DNA of 64,000 bases from the NCBI GenBank assembly GCA_015064385.1, contig SVSI01000006.1, positions 29,252 to 93,251 on the forward strand. The letters are read 5' to 3'. The notes under the pieces are model-generated. The model searched no databases. It had not been told where the DNA came from and saw nothing but the letters and a program-made list of their open reading frames with translations. Below, in pieces: positions 46,401 to 53,514 of the stretch; position 1 is the stretch's first letter, and each line of letters opens with the position of its first letter. The stretch is from Oscillospiraceae bacterium. Lineage in GTDB: Bacteria > Bacillota > Clostridia > Oscillospirales > CAG-272. Made by a program: the position numbers and the translations under genes.

Positions 46401-47091
46401 CGGTGGTGCAGGTAGCTTCTACCGCCTTGTGCTCGGTAAGACCGTGTATGTGCATACACTCGGGAAGGATGGTAACGTTCTTGGTCGCGCCGCATTTTTT
46501 GCACGCGTAAACTGCAATTCCGGGCTCACCGGTAACGAAATCGGGCTCTTTGTCAATCTTAACGGGGCTATCGGACCAGGTATGTCCCTGTCCTTTAAGT
46601 TCCTCTTCAACGTTATAGTCGCATCTCGAGCAGGTAGTGATCTTTACGCCGCCTTCTTCGCAGTCATAATCTTCGTTGACCTGGTAGTCGTGATCGAGCG
46701 CAGGAATATCACTTCCGTCGTTTTCGGGATCAACTTTATTACAGATCGAGCAAACTATCAGCGCTTTTTGACCTTTTTCGGTACAAGTAGCCGGTTTTGC
46801 CTCTTCTTTGGTTTCCCAATCGTGGCTTCCCTCTATTTTGTTGAAATTAGCAGCAAAATAGTCGTCACAGTCGGGACACTGATAAAGGGTGTAGCCGTAT
46901 TCGCCGCATACGCTGGGTACGACCTCCACCTTCATTTTCTCGATCTCAGCTTCAGTGAAGAGACCAAGAGTGTGTTCTTCGCCCTGTCCGGGGCAATTCG
47001 TCTCACCTGCTTCTGCAGCAAGCACCGACATCGGCAGAACAGAAGCGATCATAAGACATGCGAGAAAAATAGCTAAAATTCTCTTCTTCAT
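43423..47091 (-). CDS. Large secreted protein: ~20 His/Cys3 modules + cohesin-like domain + C-terminal dockerin
   Basis: 1222 aa with signal peptide MKKRILAIFLACLMIASVLPMSVLA. Modules include PTCTAWGFDVYACTVCG and STCTGEGWKKVKCGRCG. The C-terminal duplicated Ca-binding loops DVDNDGDVNMAD and DVDKDGEITVAD match dockerin type. Confidence 0.75.
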   Translation of the reverse strand: MKKRILAIFLACLMIASVLPMSVLAAEAGETNCPGQGEEHTLGLFTEAEIEKMKVEVVPSVCGEYGYTLYQCPDCDDYFAANFNKIEGSHDWETKEEAKPATCTEKGQKALIVCSICNKVDPENDGSDIPALDHDYQVNEDYDCEEGGVKITTCSRCDYNVEEELKGQGHTWSDSPVKIDKEPDFVTGEPGIAVYACKKCGATKNVTILPECMHIHGLTEHKAVEATCTTAGKIAYWSCADCENYYADVNATVEVAKDENGNYIITVEALGHVTEGSNIEVVEEFPSTCTGEGWKKVKCGRCGEKVQVTVEPTGHSFEDDKPVTIAPTCTAWGFDVYACTVCGHVKQTNPVAPLGHTNWTSSDDASDAEKARNAKSKNVVKQDANCTTNGLVTWNCGDCGAAREEVLLATGHTEVSVTVDPTCSKYGYTFVYCSDDNCPLGAKSEYVKDGVSYDVTVNGASVKLIKCEVGSSYDKNNHNIISGKVNAPTCTEPGNAIGFCVDCNEHEALVVIDPLGHDFDASIAANVTIKTPQDCENDEVITVKCSRCDVTEDQTTEKKALGHNYLETGVVVAPNCIAGGYTETKCDNCGAMGKKDELPKVDTEDKYYMSIEDALKDHVNLNTANKEIFREGSCALNGYYSHECADCGKNVLIVIEGTGDGHIDDEKYDQTGEVEDTVCGDGETTKGVFKCTKCGELIDYYLDHDWDKTAEVPADCKTGTDGTKALWVCKNSVCGIIHDEYDGATIVAEHDYEDQDPLNLAPTCEEAGYENHRICKVCGDEQKTVRSALNHKYMGATDGDEADCLGYGYQHWECPDCDYEYINRYVPALGHTEVDVPAVAPDCENTGLTAGKQCSVCDVFTVPQEEVPAIGHKNAAGELIKCDTEDRFCVAVVGKDASGNDILCGEVGDTHETVGPIHVDATCHEYGYDLVVCVNCEWSKVTNVNDQYLADHTWGQWIEIPSDEYDNEIMEERECIICGETEQRVVEEIKIKYVLDIDNAVVSGADYSDSSIVVVKISIESLEEAVDVWGINFGLDYDEKVMSFVEAKFISTNFTTNPMAHAKNGVVNVLASVPNDENKATQNVTIDGSEAFVELYFRIDNAEIENYNNDGTNTKIINAEFSFVNCEARNNAGDLIGSAGEIESIDIVKYMDVDNDGDVNMADALMVSKIITGEIEPSYDVTVDVDKDGEITVADLKAICEYIVGSKGYDDMLDLGWEDLVA

Positions 47092-47236
47092 TGTTTTTTT
47101 CCTTTCATTATTAAATATTGTAATTTCCTGAGTTGTTTTTCAAACGCAGCTACGGTGGCCGTATTCTTTTTGACTTTTTTTTGAGCATTTCCATCTAAAC
47201 CTTCCCTCTCTTATATAATCAACCGTGAGAAAATTA

Positions 47237-47258
47237 CCACATAATCGATATTATGTGG
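47237..47258. repeat. Left inverted repeat (IRL) / putative recombinase core site
   Basis: CCACATAA-TCGATA-TTATGTGG. This is the exact reverse complement of the site at 47511-47532. Confidence 0.85.
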
Positions 47259-47510
47259 TAGAAACGGCAGGCAATGAAGAATACGACCGCTTTTACAAAC
47301 AAAAAAGGCATAACGACAAAACCAATGAAAAAAGGGGAACTGCTCATTGGTTTTTTAGTCATGCTCAAATTAAAGTAAATTTTATGTGTTTGTGGGTTTT
47401 ATGTGAAGATTTGCCAAAAAATATGTTTTTTCACTACATATATCTGTATTATTTTTTTCAAAAAGGTATTGACAAAACACAATTTATAGTGTATAATCCA
47501 TAGTGAGTTT
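47259..47510. other. Putative invertible DNA segment (252 bp, AT-rich) carrying a consensus promoter
   Basis: Bounded by exact 22-bp inverted repeats, contains TTGACA-17-TATAAT, and is adjacent to a tyrosine recombinase gene. The 92-aa ORF inside (47225-47503) has no SD and is low-complexity. Confidence 0.6.
47469..47497 (+). promoter_or_regulatory. Consensus sigma-A promoter inside the invertible segment (currently pointing away from the surface-protein operon)
   Basis: TTGACA (47469-47474), exactly 17 nt, TATAAT (47492-47497). Confidence 0.65.
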
Positions 47511-47532
47511 CCACATAATATCGATTATGTGG
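47511..47532. repeat. Right inverted repeat (IRR) / putative recombinase core site
   Basis: CCACATAA-TATCGA-TTATGTGG. It abuts the recombinase stop codon (47533-47535). Confidence 0.85.
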
Positions 47533-48372
47533 TTAACACCTCAAAAGCCCGAGCTTTTGTATCTGTTTGCGGTGTATTTCTCCGCTTTCAACGGTATATA
47601 TGCGGGTGGTATTAACACTTGAATGACCAAGGATATCGGCTAAACGCACGATATCCTTTTGTATTGTATAATAGGTTCGTGCAAAAAGGTGCCTGAGATT
47701 ATGCGGAAACACCTTCTTTTCGGAGACGTTCGCCTTTTTGCAGAGCTTTTTCATCTCACTCCATATATTCGATCTATCGAGCGCTTTTCCGTTTTTGGTA
47801 ACAAAAACGGATCCGCTCGTTATTTTTTGCTCTTTCAGATATCTTTTCAGGATCACGCAAAGCTGATTGGGCAAAAACACCGTCCGCCTCTTGCCCTTAC
47901 ATCTTATCTCTGCGCGCTTTGATTCTATTGAGGAGACCGTTATATACTTAAGCTCTGAAACCCGTATTCCGGTAGAACAGATCGTCTGCATAACGAAATA
48001 AATACGCTTGTTTTTAGAGTGCTCCGCTACGCTGAGAAGTCTTTCATATTCGGACTTTGTAAGCTCCTTTTCGCTCGTTGAAAACATTTGTCTTTGTACT
48101 TTCACCGTCTTTATTTTCAGATCGTACCATCCGTTAAAGCTAAAAAAGCTGTTCAGTGAAGATATTATGGAATTAACGCTGGCACAAGAATATTCCGAAA
48201 TAATCTTTTCTTTATATTTCAGCACCGTGTCCTTGGTCAGGCAAGCGTCCGGTATCCACAAGCAAAATTCACGCAGATCGCGAAAATATTTTTCAAGTGT
48301 TGCAGGAGATTTTTCTTCATTGATCAGATGTCTCTTATAGTCGGCTATAATTTTGTCTGTGATTCTTTTCAT
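47533..48372 (-). CDS. Tyrosine site-specific recombinase (XerC/D-like, candidate invertase)
   Basis: 279 aa. Catalytic pattern: STGIRVSEL (Arg), KGKRR (Lys), HNLRHLFA (HxxR), GHSSVNTTRIY (His...Tyr). The gene is visibly more AT-rich than its neighbours. Confidence 0.85.
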   Translation of the reverse strand: MKRITDKIIADYKRHLINEEKSPATLEKYFRDLREFCLWIPDACLTKDTVLKYKEKIISEYSCASVNSIISSLNSFFSFNGWYDLKIKTVKVQRQMFSTSEKELTKSEYERLLSVAEHSKNKRIYFVMQTICSTGIRVSELKYITVSSIESKRAEIRCKGKRRTVFLPNQLCVILKRYLKEQKITSGSVFVTKNGKALDRSNIWSEMKKLCKKANVSEKKVFPHNLRHLFARTYYTIQKDIVRLADILGHSSVNTTRIYTVESGEIHRKQIQKLGLLRC

Positions 48373-48470
48373 TTTTTATCCTTTCTTTTTTACTGTCCTT
48401 TTTTATACATTCTGAAAACGGCAGGCATATATTAACAGAATTATAAAAACTATCCTGTAAAAAAACAAAA

Positions 48471-48486
48471 GCACGGACATCCGTGC
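48471..48486 (-). terminator. Intrinsic terminator downstream of glmS
   Basis: GCACGG-acat-CCGTGC. On the minus strand it is followed by TTTTGTTTTTTT. Confidence 0.65.
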
Positions 48487-48508
48487 TTTCGTCTTTTTAT
48501 TTTAACAT

Positions 48509-50350
48509 TTATTCAACGGTTACCGACTTTGCGAGGTTTCTCGGGCAGTCAACGTCGCATCCCTTGATTATTGCCGCTCTGTACGCCATTAACTGAAGTA
48601 CGGTAGCAGCCGCTATCGGGAGAAATTCTCCGCTCTCGCTCGGCAGGTTTATTACCCTTTCGGATACTGCATCTATCTGAGCGTCGGGTGTAGTTATAGA
48701 AATAACGTACGCGCCGCGTGACATTACCTCTCTTATATTACCTACCATCTTCTGTCTTACGCTTTCGTCGGTAGAGAGCACGATTACCGGGGTTCCCTTT
48801 TCAATAAGGGAGATCGTTCCGTGCTTAAGCTCTCCTGCCGCATACGCTTCGCTGTGAATGTAGGACACCTCTTTTATCTTGAGCGATGCCTCTATCATAG
48901 CGTAGTAGTCGATTCCGCGTCCAAGGCAGAACATATCGGTCTTATCCGAAAGATAGCCGACCGCGTCGAAGATCTCATCCTGCATTGCGAGTATTTTGGA
49001 AACGTCTTTGGGAAGAGCGTATCTCAGCTTTTCGGTGAGTACCCTTACCTTTTGCTCATCCATGGTGTTTCTCTCAAGTGCAAGACCGAGCGATAGAAGC
49101 ACCATAAGCGCAGACTGAACGACGTACGCCTTCGTGCTTGCAACCGCGATCTCGGGGCCCGCCCAGGTATAGATCGTTGCGTTTGACTCTCTTGCGATAG
49201 TCGAGCCGACGACGTTTACTATCGAGGTAACGAAAGCGCCCTTTTCCTTTGCGAGGCGGAGTGCGGCAAGCGTATCTGCCGTCTCTCCCGACTGGGAGAT
49301 AACGATGACAGCGTCGTTTTCGTCGATTATCATATCGGCGTATCTCATTTCGGACGCTATCTCAACGTTTACAGGGATTCTTGCGTATTTTTCGATAAAA
49401 TACTTAGCCATAAAACCGGCGTGCATTGCCGTACCGCAAGCGGTGATGATGATTCTTCTCGCCTTTGCAAGACGCTTTATATCAAAGTTTTCGTCACTGA
49501 ATGCGGGAAGTCCGTTTGCTCCGATACGGGGCGCGAGAGTTTTTTCGATTACCTCGGGCTCCTCGTGAATCTCTTTTAACATAAAGTGATCGTATCCGCC
49601 TCTTTGTGCCGATTTTACGTCCCAAAGTGCTTTTTCGATCTTCTTATCGCAGGTATTTCCGTTCTCGTCGATTACCTTTACAAGGTCGGGTGTGAGAATA
49701 GCTATCTCGTTTTCCTCAAGGCGAATATAGTCCTTGGTGTAAGGAAGGATGGCTGTAATATCGGAGGCAATGAAGTTTTTTCCCTCTCCTATACCGATGA
49801 TAAGCGGATTATCCTTTCTTATGGAGTATATCTCACCCGGTCTGTCTGCAAAGATTATTCCCATAGCGTACGAGCCGTCAAAGAGTGCTCTCGCTTCCGA
49901 GATTGCTTTTACAGCGTCGCCGCCGTTCGTTTTATAGCAGTAATCAATGGTAAGAGCTGCCGTTTCGGTGTCCGTTTCTGACGTGAAGGTATAGCCCTTT
50001 GCGGTGAGATTTTCGGCAAGAGCACGGTAATTTTCGATAATTCCGTTATGTACTATGCGTACTCTCTCGTTGCCGTGAGGGTGAGCGTTACGCTCGGTGG
50101 GCTCTCCGTGAGTTGCCCAGCGCGTATGTCCGATTCCGCACGACGATCTTTTCTCGCTCTCGCTCATTTTTCCGAGCTTTTCGTCGAGATTTACTATCTT
50201 TCCCGTTGCTTTTACGGTGATTATTTCGGAGCTTTCGTTAAAAAACGAAACTCCCGCGGAGTCGTATCCGCGATATTCGAGTGCATGAAGGCCGCTACTG
50301 AGCACGTCAAGTGCCTTTTCGCCGCCAACGCATCCAATTATTCCACACAT
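48509..50350 (-). CDS. glmS: Glutamine--fructose-6-phosphate aminotransferase
   Basis: 613 aa with the MCGIIGCVG N-terminal nucleophile Cys, two SIS domains and C-terminal KSVTVE. Confidence 0.95.
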   Translation of the reverse strand: MCGIIGCVGGEKALDVLSSGLHALEYRGYDSAGVSFFNESSEIITVKATGKIVNLDEKLGKMSESEKRSSCGIGHTRWATHGEPTERNAHPHGNERVRIVHNGIIENYRALAENLTAKGYTFTSETDTETAALTIDYCYKTNGGDAVKAISEARALFDGSYAMGIIFADRPGEIYSIRKDNPLIIGIGEGKNFIASDITAILPYTKDYIRLEENEIAILTPDLVKVIDENGNTCDKKIEKALWDVKSAQRGGYDHFMLKEIHEEPEVIEKTLAPRIGANGLPAFSDENFDIKRLAKARRIIITACGTAMHAGFMAKYFIEKYARIPVNVEIASEMRYADMIIDENDAVIVISQSGETADTLAALRLAKEKGAFVTSIVNVVGSTIARESNATIYTWAGPEIAVASTKAYVVQSALMVLLSLGLALERNTMDEQKVRVLTEKLRYALPKDVSKILAMQDEIFDAVGYLSDKTDMFCLGRGIDYYAMIEASLKIKEVSYIHSEAYAAGELKHGTISLIEKGTPVIVLSTDESVRQKMVGNIREVMSRGAYVISITTPDAQIDAVSERVINLPSESGEFLPIAAATVLQLMAYRAAIIKGCDVDCPRNLAKSVTVE

Positions 50351-50361
50351 ATTTTATATAT

Positions 50362-50404
50362 GTATCTCTAATATACAGGGTTCTGCCCTGTATATTAGAG
50401 ATAC
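50362..50404 (-). promoter_or_regulatory. Perfect 19-bp stem / 5-nt loop hairpin between the SD-like sequence and the glmS AUG
   Basis: GTATCTCTAATATACAGGG-ttctg-CCCTGTATATTAGAGATAC, 11 nt upstream of the ATG. Confidence 0.7.
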
Positions 50405-50577
50405 TTCCCTTTCATTATAAAAATAAAACATTTTCCGTCGCAGAGCTTTTGTGCGGCGATTACCCGCCGTTTTGTTATCTGCGTTTTGCACCGGAAAAAG
50501 GGGTACAGGAAGACACCCGCCGAACACTTCGATTCTTCTTCCACCTCGTTAACCGCATTTAGGCACGGTCTGGCGCT
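50405..50577 (-). ncRNA. glmS: glmS ribozyme (GlcN6P-dependent self-cleaving leader)
   Basis: The minus strand reads A-GCGCCAGACC...UUAACGAGGUGGAAGAAGAAUCGAAGUGUUCGGCGGGUGUCUUCC. This matches the conserved AGCGCCAGA / ACGAGG / AUCGAA..UUCGGCGG.UG core as I recall it, and it is in the expected position upstream of glmS. The 3' boundary is approximate. Confidence 0.75.
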
Positions 50578-50598
50578 TTTGGGGATTTTCGGTCTGTC

Positions 50599-51966
50599 TT
50601 ACGACAGTCCGTATCCCTCGGATTTTATGGTATTGATTATCTCGTCAACACAGTCGTTGCACTTTGCCTCGTCGCTTGCCTCTACCATTATTCTGATAAG
50701 GGGCTCGGTTCCGCTCTTACGAACGAGAACGCGTCCGCTGTCTCCGAGTCTTGCACCGACTTCGTCGATCTTTGCTTTCACGTTTTCATCGTTTACCGCC
50801 GCATCGAGATCTGTAACTCTTATGTTTTTGAGTACCTGAGGATACACGATAAATCCCTCCGACATCTTGCTTGCGGGAAGCTTGCTTTCAAGAAGCGTTT
50901 CCATAAGCATAATGGACGTAAGAATACCGTCTCCCGTCGTTGCGTATTTGCTCATTATGATATGTCCGCTCTGCTCTCCGCCGAGTCGGTATCCCTTTTC
51001 AAGCATACGCTCGTAAACGTATTTGTCTCCTACCGCCGTTTGCTCGTAAGCTATGCCCAGAGAGTCAAACGCCTTGTAAAGTCCCAAATTAGACATTACG
51101 GTAGTGACTACCGTGTTACCCTTGAGCTTGCCTTCGTTTGCAAAGCTCTTTCCGAGGATATAAAGTATGTGGTCTCCGGTTATGACGTTGCCCTTTTCGT
51201 CAACGGCGATACAGCGGTCTGCGTCTCCGTCGTAAGCAAAGCCAATGTCAAGTCCGTTTTCAACGACCACGTTTCTAAGCACTTCGATATGCGTTGATCC
51301 CGCGTTTACGTTGATGTTAACGCCGCTGGGCTCCGCATTGATAACAAAAGTTTTTGCGCCAAGTGCTTCGAATACGCTTTTCGCTATCATCCACGAGCTT
51401 CCGTTTGCACAGTCGAGTCCTACGTTTACGTTTCTGTAGGAATGCGATGCAAGCGATATGAGGTATCCAACGTAGCGGTTTCTTCCTGCCATATAGTCAA
51501 CGATACGTCCTATCGACGTCTCGGTAGCAAAAGGAAGCACTCCGTTTTCGCCAAGCTCTCCCGCATCTCCGTCGAGATATTTTTCAAGAAGCTCGATTAC
51601 CTCGTCTTCCATCTTCTCGCCGCGGCTGTTTATCAGCTTTATTCCGTTATCGCTGTACGGATTGTGGCTTGCGGATATCATGATTCCGCAGTCAAACTCG
51701 TCAACTCTGGTGACGTAAGATACGCCGGGGGTGGTGACAACGTGAAGCATATATGCATCCGCGCCCGAAGCAGTAAGTCCCGCAACTATGGCATATTCGA
51801 ACATATAGCTTGAGCGTCTCGGGTCCTTTCCGACTACCGCACGGCATCTGTGACCGTCTTTGCCGAAATATCTGCCGAGAAATCTGCCTATTTTGTAGGC
51901 GTGATCTGCATTAAGATTTACGTTTGCTTCTCCTCTGAAGCCGTCAGTTCCAAAATACTTTCCCAT
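50599..51966 (-). CDS. glmM: Phosphoglucosamine mutase
   Basis: 455 aa with MGKYFGTDGFRG and the active-site SASHNP motif. Confidence 0.92.
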   Translation of the reverse strand: MGKYFGTDGFRGEANVNLNADHAYKIGRFLGRYFGKDGHRCRAVVGKDPRRSSYMFEYAIVAGLTASGADAYMLHVVTTPGVSYVTRVDEFDCGIMISASHNPYSDNGIKLINSRGEKMEDEVIELLEKYLDGDAGELGENGVLPFATETSIGRIVDYMAGRNRYVGYLISLASHSYRNVNVGLDCANGSSWMIAKSVFEALGAKTFVINAEPSGVNINVNAGSTHIEVLRNVVVENGLDIGFAYDGDADRCIAVDEKGNVITGDHILYILGKSFANEGKLKGNTVVTTVMSNLGLYKAFDSLGIAYEQTAVGDKYVYERMLEKGYRLGGEQSGHIIMSKYATTGDGILTSIMLMETLLESKLPASKMSEGFIVYPQVLKNIRVTDLDAAVNDENVKAKIDEVGARLGDSGRVLVRKSGTEPLIRIMVEASDEAKCNDCVDEIINTIKSEGYGLS

Positions 51967-51981
51967 TTACCATTTTTCCTT

Positions 51982-52671
51982 TCAGTTGTTCTCTGTCTTG
52001 CGCTGTGATACCGTTCCGTCCGGTCTTACGATCTTATCGCTTTCGATAACTCCGCGTACTCCGCTGAGCGGATATACGAGACATCTTCTGCCGATCACCG
52101 TACCCGGATAGAGCACGCTGTTACAGCCAACCTCTGAAAAGTCTCCGAGAATGACTCCCATCTTACGCAGTCCGGTGGATATTTTTCCGTCTGAACATTT
52201 TACGTTTATCGTCTTTTTATCAAGACGGAAATTTGATGCGACTGCTCCTGCGCCCATGTGAGACTTATATCCTAAGATACTGTCGCCGACGTAGTTATAA
52301 TGGGGAATCTGTACGCCGTCCGAAATAATTGCATTCTTGACCTCGCACGAGTTGCCTACTACGGCGCCGTCTCCGATAAGTGCGTTTCCGCGTATGTACG
52401 CACAGTGTCTGATCTCTGCGTTTTCGCCGATGACGGTCGGTCCGCAAATGAGTGCGCTCGGTGCTACGCTCGCGCTTTTGGCAATATAGACGTTGTCTCC
52501 TACGCAGTCGTATTTATCCTCGTCGAGATTTTCAATGATCTCCTTTATGCACTCTCCTATCTTAGGAAGCGCTTCCCAAGGGTACGTGCACTGCGAAAGC
52601 ATCTTTCCCGCAAGAGTGTGCGTGAAGTCGATAAGCTCTGACGTTTTGATAGCGTTTTCGATTTTTTCCAT
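51982..52671 (-). CDS. Left-handed beta-helix (hexapeptide-repeat) acyltransferase, GlmU C-terminal-domain-like
   Basis: 229 aa. Hexapeptide repeats run through residues ~70-200. There is no nucleotidyltransferase domain. It is clustered with glmM and glmS. Confidence 0.6.
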   Translation of the reverse strand: MEKIENAIKTSELIDFTHTLAGKMLSQCTYPWEALPKIGECIKEIIENLDEDKYDCVGDNVYIAKSASVAPSALICGPTVIGENAEIRHCAYIRGNALIGDGAVVGNSCEVKNAIISDGVQIPHYNYVGDSILGYKSHMGAGAVASNFRLDKKTINVKCSDGKISTGLRKMGVILGDFSEVGCNSVLYPGTVIGRRCLVYPLSGVRGVIESDKIVRPDGTVSQRKTENN

Positions 52672-52936
52672 TCTCCTGATCTTCCTCCTTTCTTAACAAT
52701 TTTCAGCTACACATAGCTATTATCTATTATAATACTTAATTTCGGTTTTGTCAACCGAGAATACGGTGAAACGTATTATTTAATATATAAAACTTATATA
52801 AAACCCGTTTTTGGAGTTTGATTTGGATTTTTGCGTCTTTATACTTGATTTTATCTTCAGTTTATGATAAAATAAGTTTTAAGTATTTTTAAGTCACGGA
52901 CGTTTTGTCCGTCACACTACGGAAGGATTTTCAAAA

Positions 52937-53491
52937 ATGAAAAAAATAATATCGCTTATTCTTATTGTCATAACGGCACTTACACTCTTCTCCTGCTCTC
53001 GCGAGGAAGGAGAAGCTCCTTATGGAATGAAGGTCGCTTCAAGCGAGCTTTCCGAGTATTATCTCTACGTCCCGAAGGACTGGGAGGTAACGACCGAAGA
53101 AGACTCTCTCATGGCGTCCGCACGCGCATCCGAGAGCGATCCGAGCAACGTAACGATGATCGGATTCGAGGACGGAAGCGACGAGTACGAAACGATAGAC
53201 GATTTCTGGGCCTACTGTAAAAACGAGTATTCTACCCGTATCTTCGATTTTGCGGACGGCACGACTACCTTTACATTGACAAACGAGGGCGAAGCGACCA
53301 CCGTCGGCGGACTTGCCGCTAAAAAGTACGAATATCGCGGCAAAATAGCAGACAGCGATTTTTGCTATACTACCGTTCTTATCAAGAGAGATTCGATATT
53401 CTATATCTTCACCTATACCTCAACTCCCTCGCTTTACGACAAGCATCTTGAGGACGTTGGATTTATGCTCTCCTACGTTGAGTTCAAATAA
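52937..53491 (+). CDS. Lipoprotein, function unknown
   Basis: 184 aa with signal peptide and lipobox LFSC. Confidence 0.65.
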   Translation: MKKIISLILIVITALTLFSCSREEGEAPYGMKVASSELSEYYLYVPKDWEVTTEEDSLMASARASESDPSNVTMIGFEDGSDEYETIDDFWAYCKNEYSTRIFDFADGTTTFTLTNEGEATTVGGLAAKKYEYRGKIADSDFCYTTVLIKRDSIFYIFTYTSTPSLYDKHLEDVGFMLSYVEFK

Positions 53492-53514
53492 TCGCGAAAG
53501 GACAGTTTTCTGTT

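Noticed and set aside
43909-47076. Plus-strand ORFs of 425 aa and 612 aa (43909-45186, 45238-47076) opposite the 1222-aa gene. Similar shadow ORFs occur at 41728-43041 and 36048-36779.
   Set aside because: They are antisense to repeat-module genes. The translations are Val/Gly/Leu-rich nonsense without a signal peptide or motifs. The minus-strand frames carry the periodic Cys/His pattern, cohesin and dockerin.
47225-47503. 92-aa ORF inside the putative invertible segment.
   Set aside because: It starts at a GTG inside IRL flanking sequence, has no SD, and gives an AT-rich low-complexity translation (…YIYLYYFFQKG…). The region is better explained as non-coding switch DNA carrying a promoter.
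47533-48372. Considered whether the tyrosine recombinase marks a prophage, ICE or transposon boundary.
   Set aside because: There are no phage, conjugation or transposition genes on either side; the neighbours are glmS and the surface-protein operon. There is no direct-repeat att pair. Instead, exact inverted core sites lie immediately next to the gene, which fits an invertase better.
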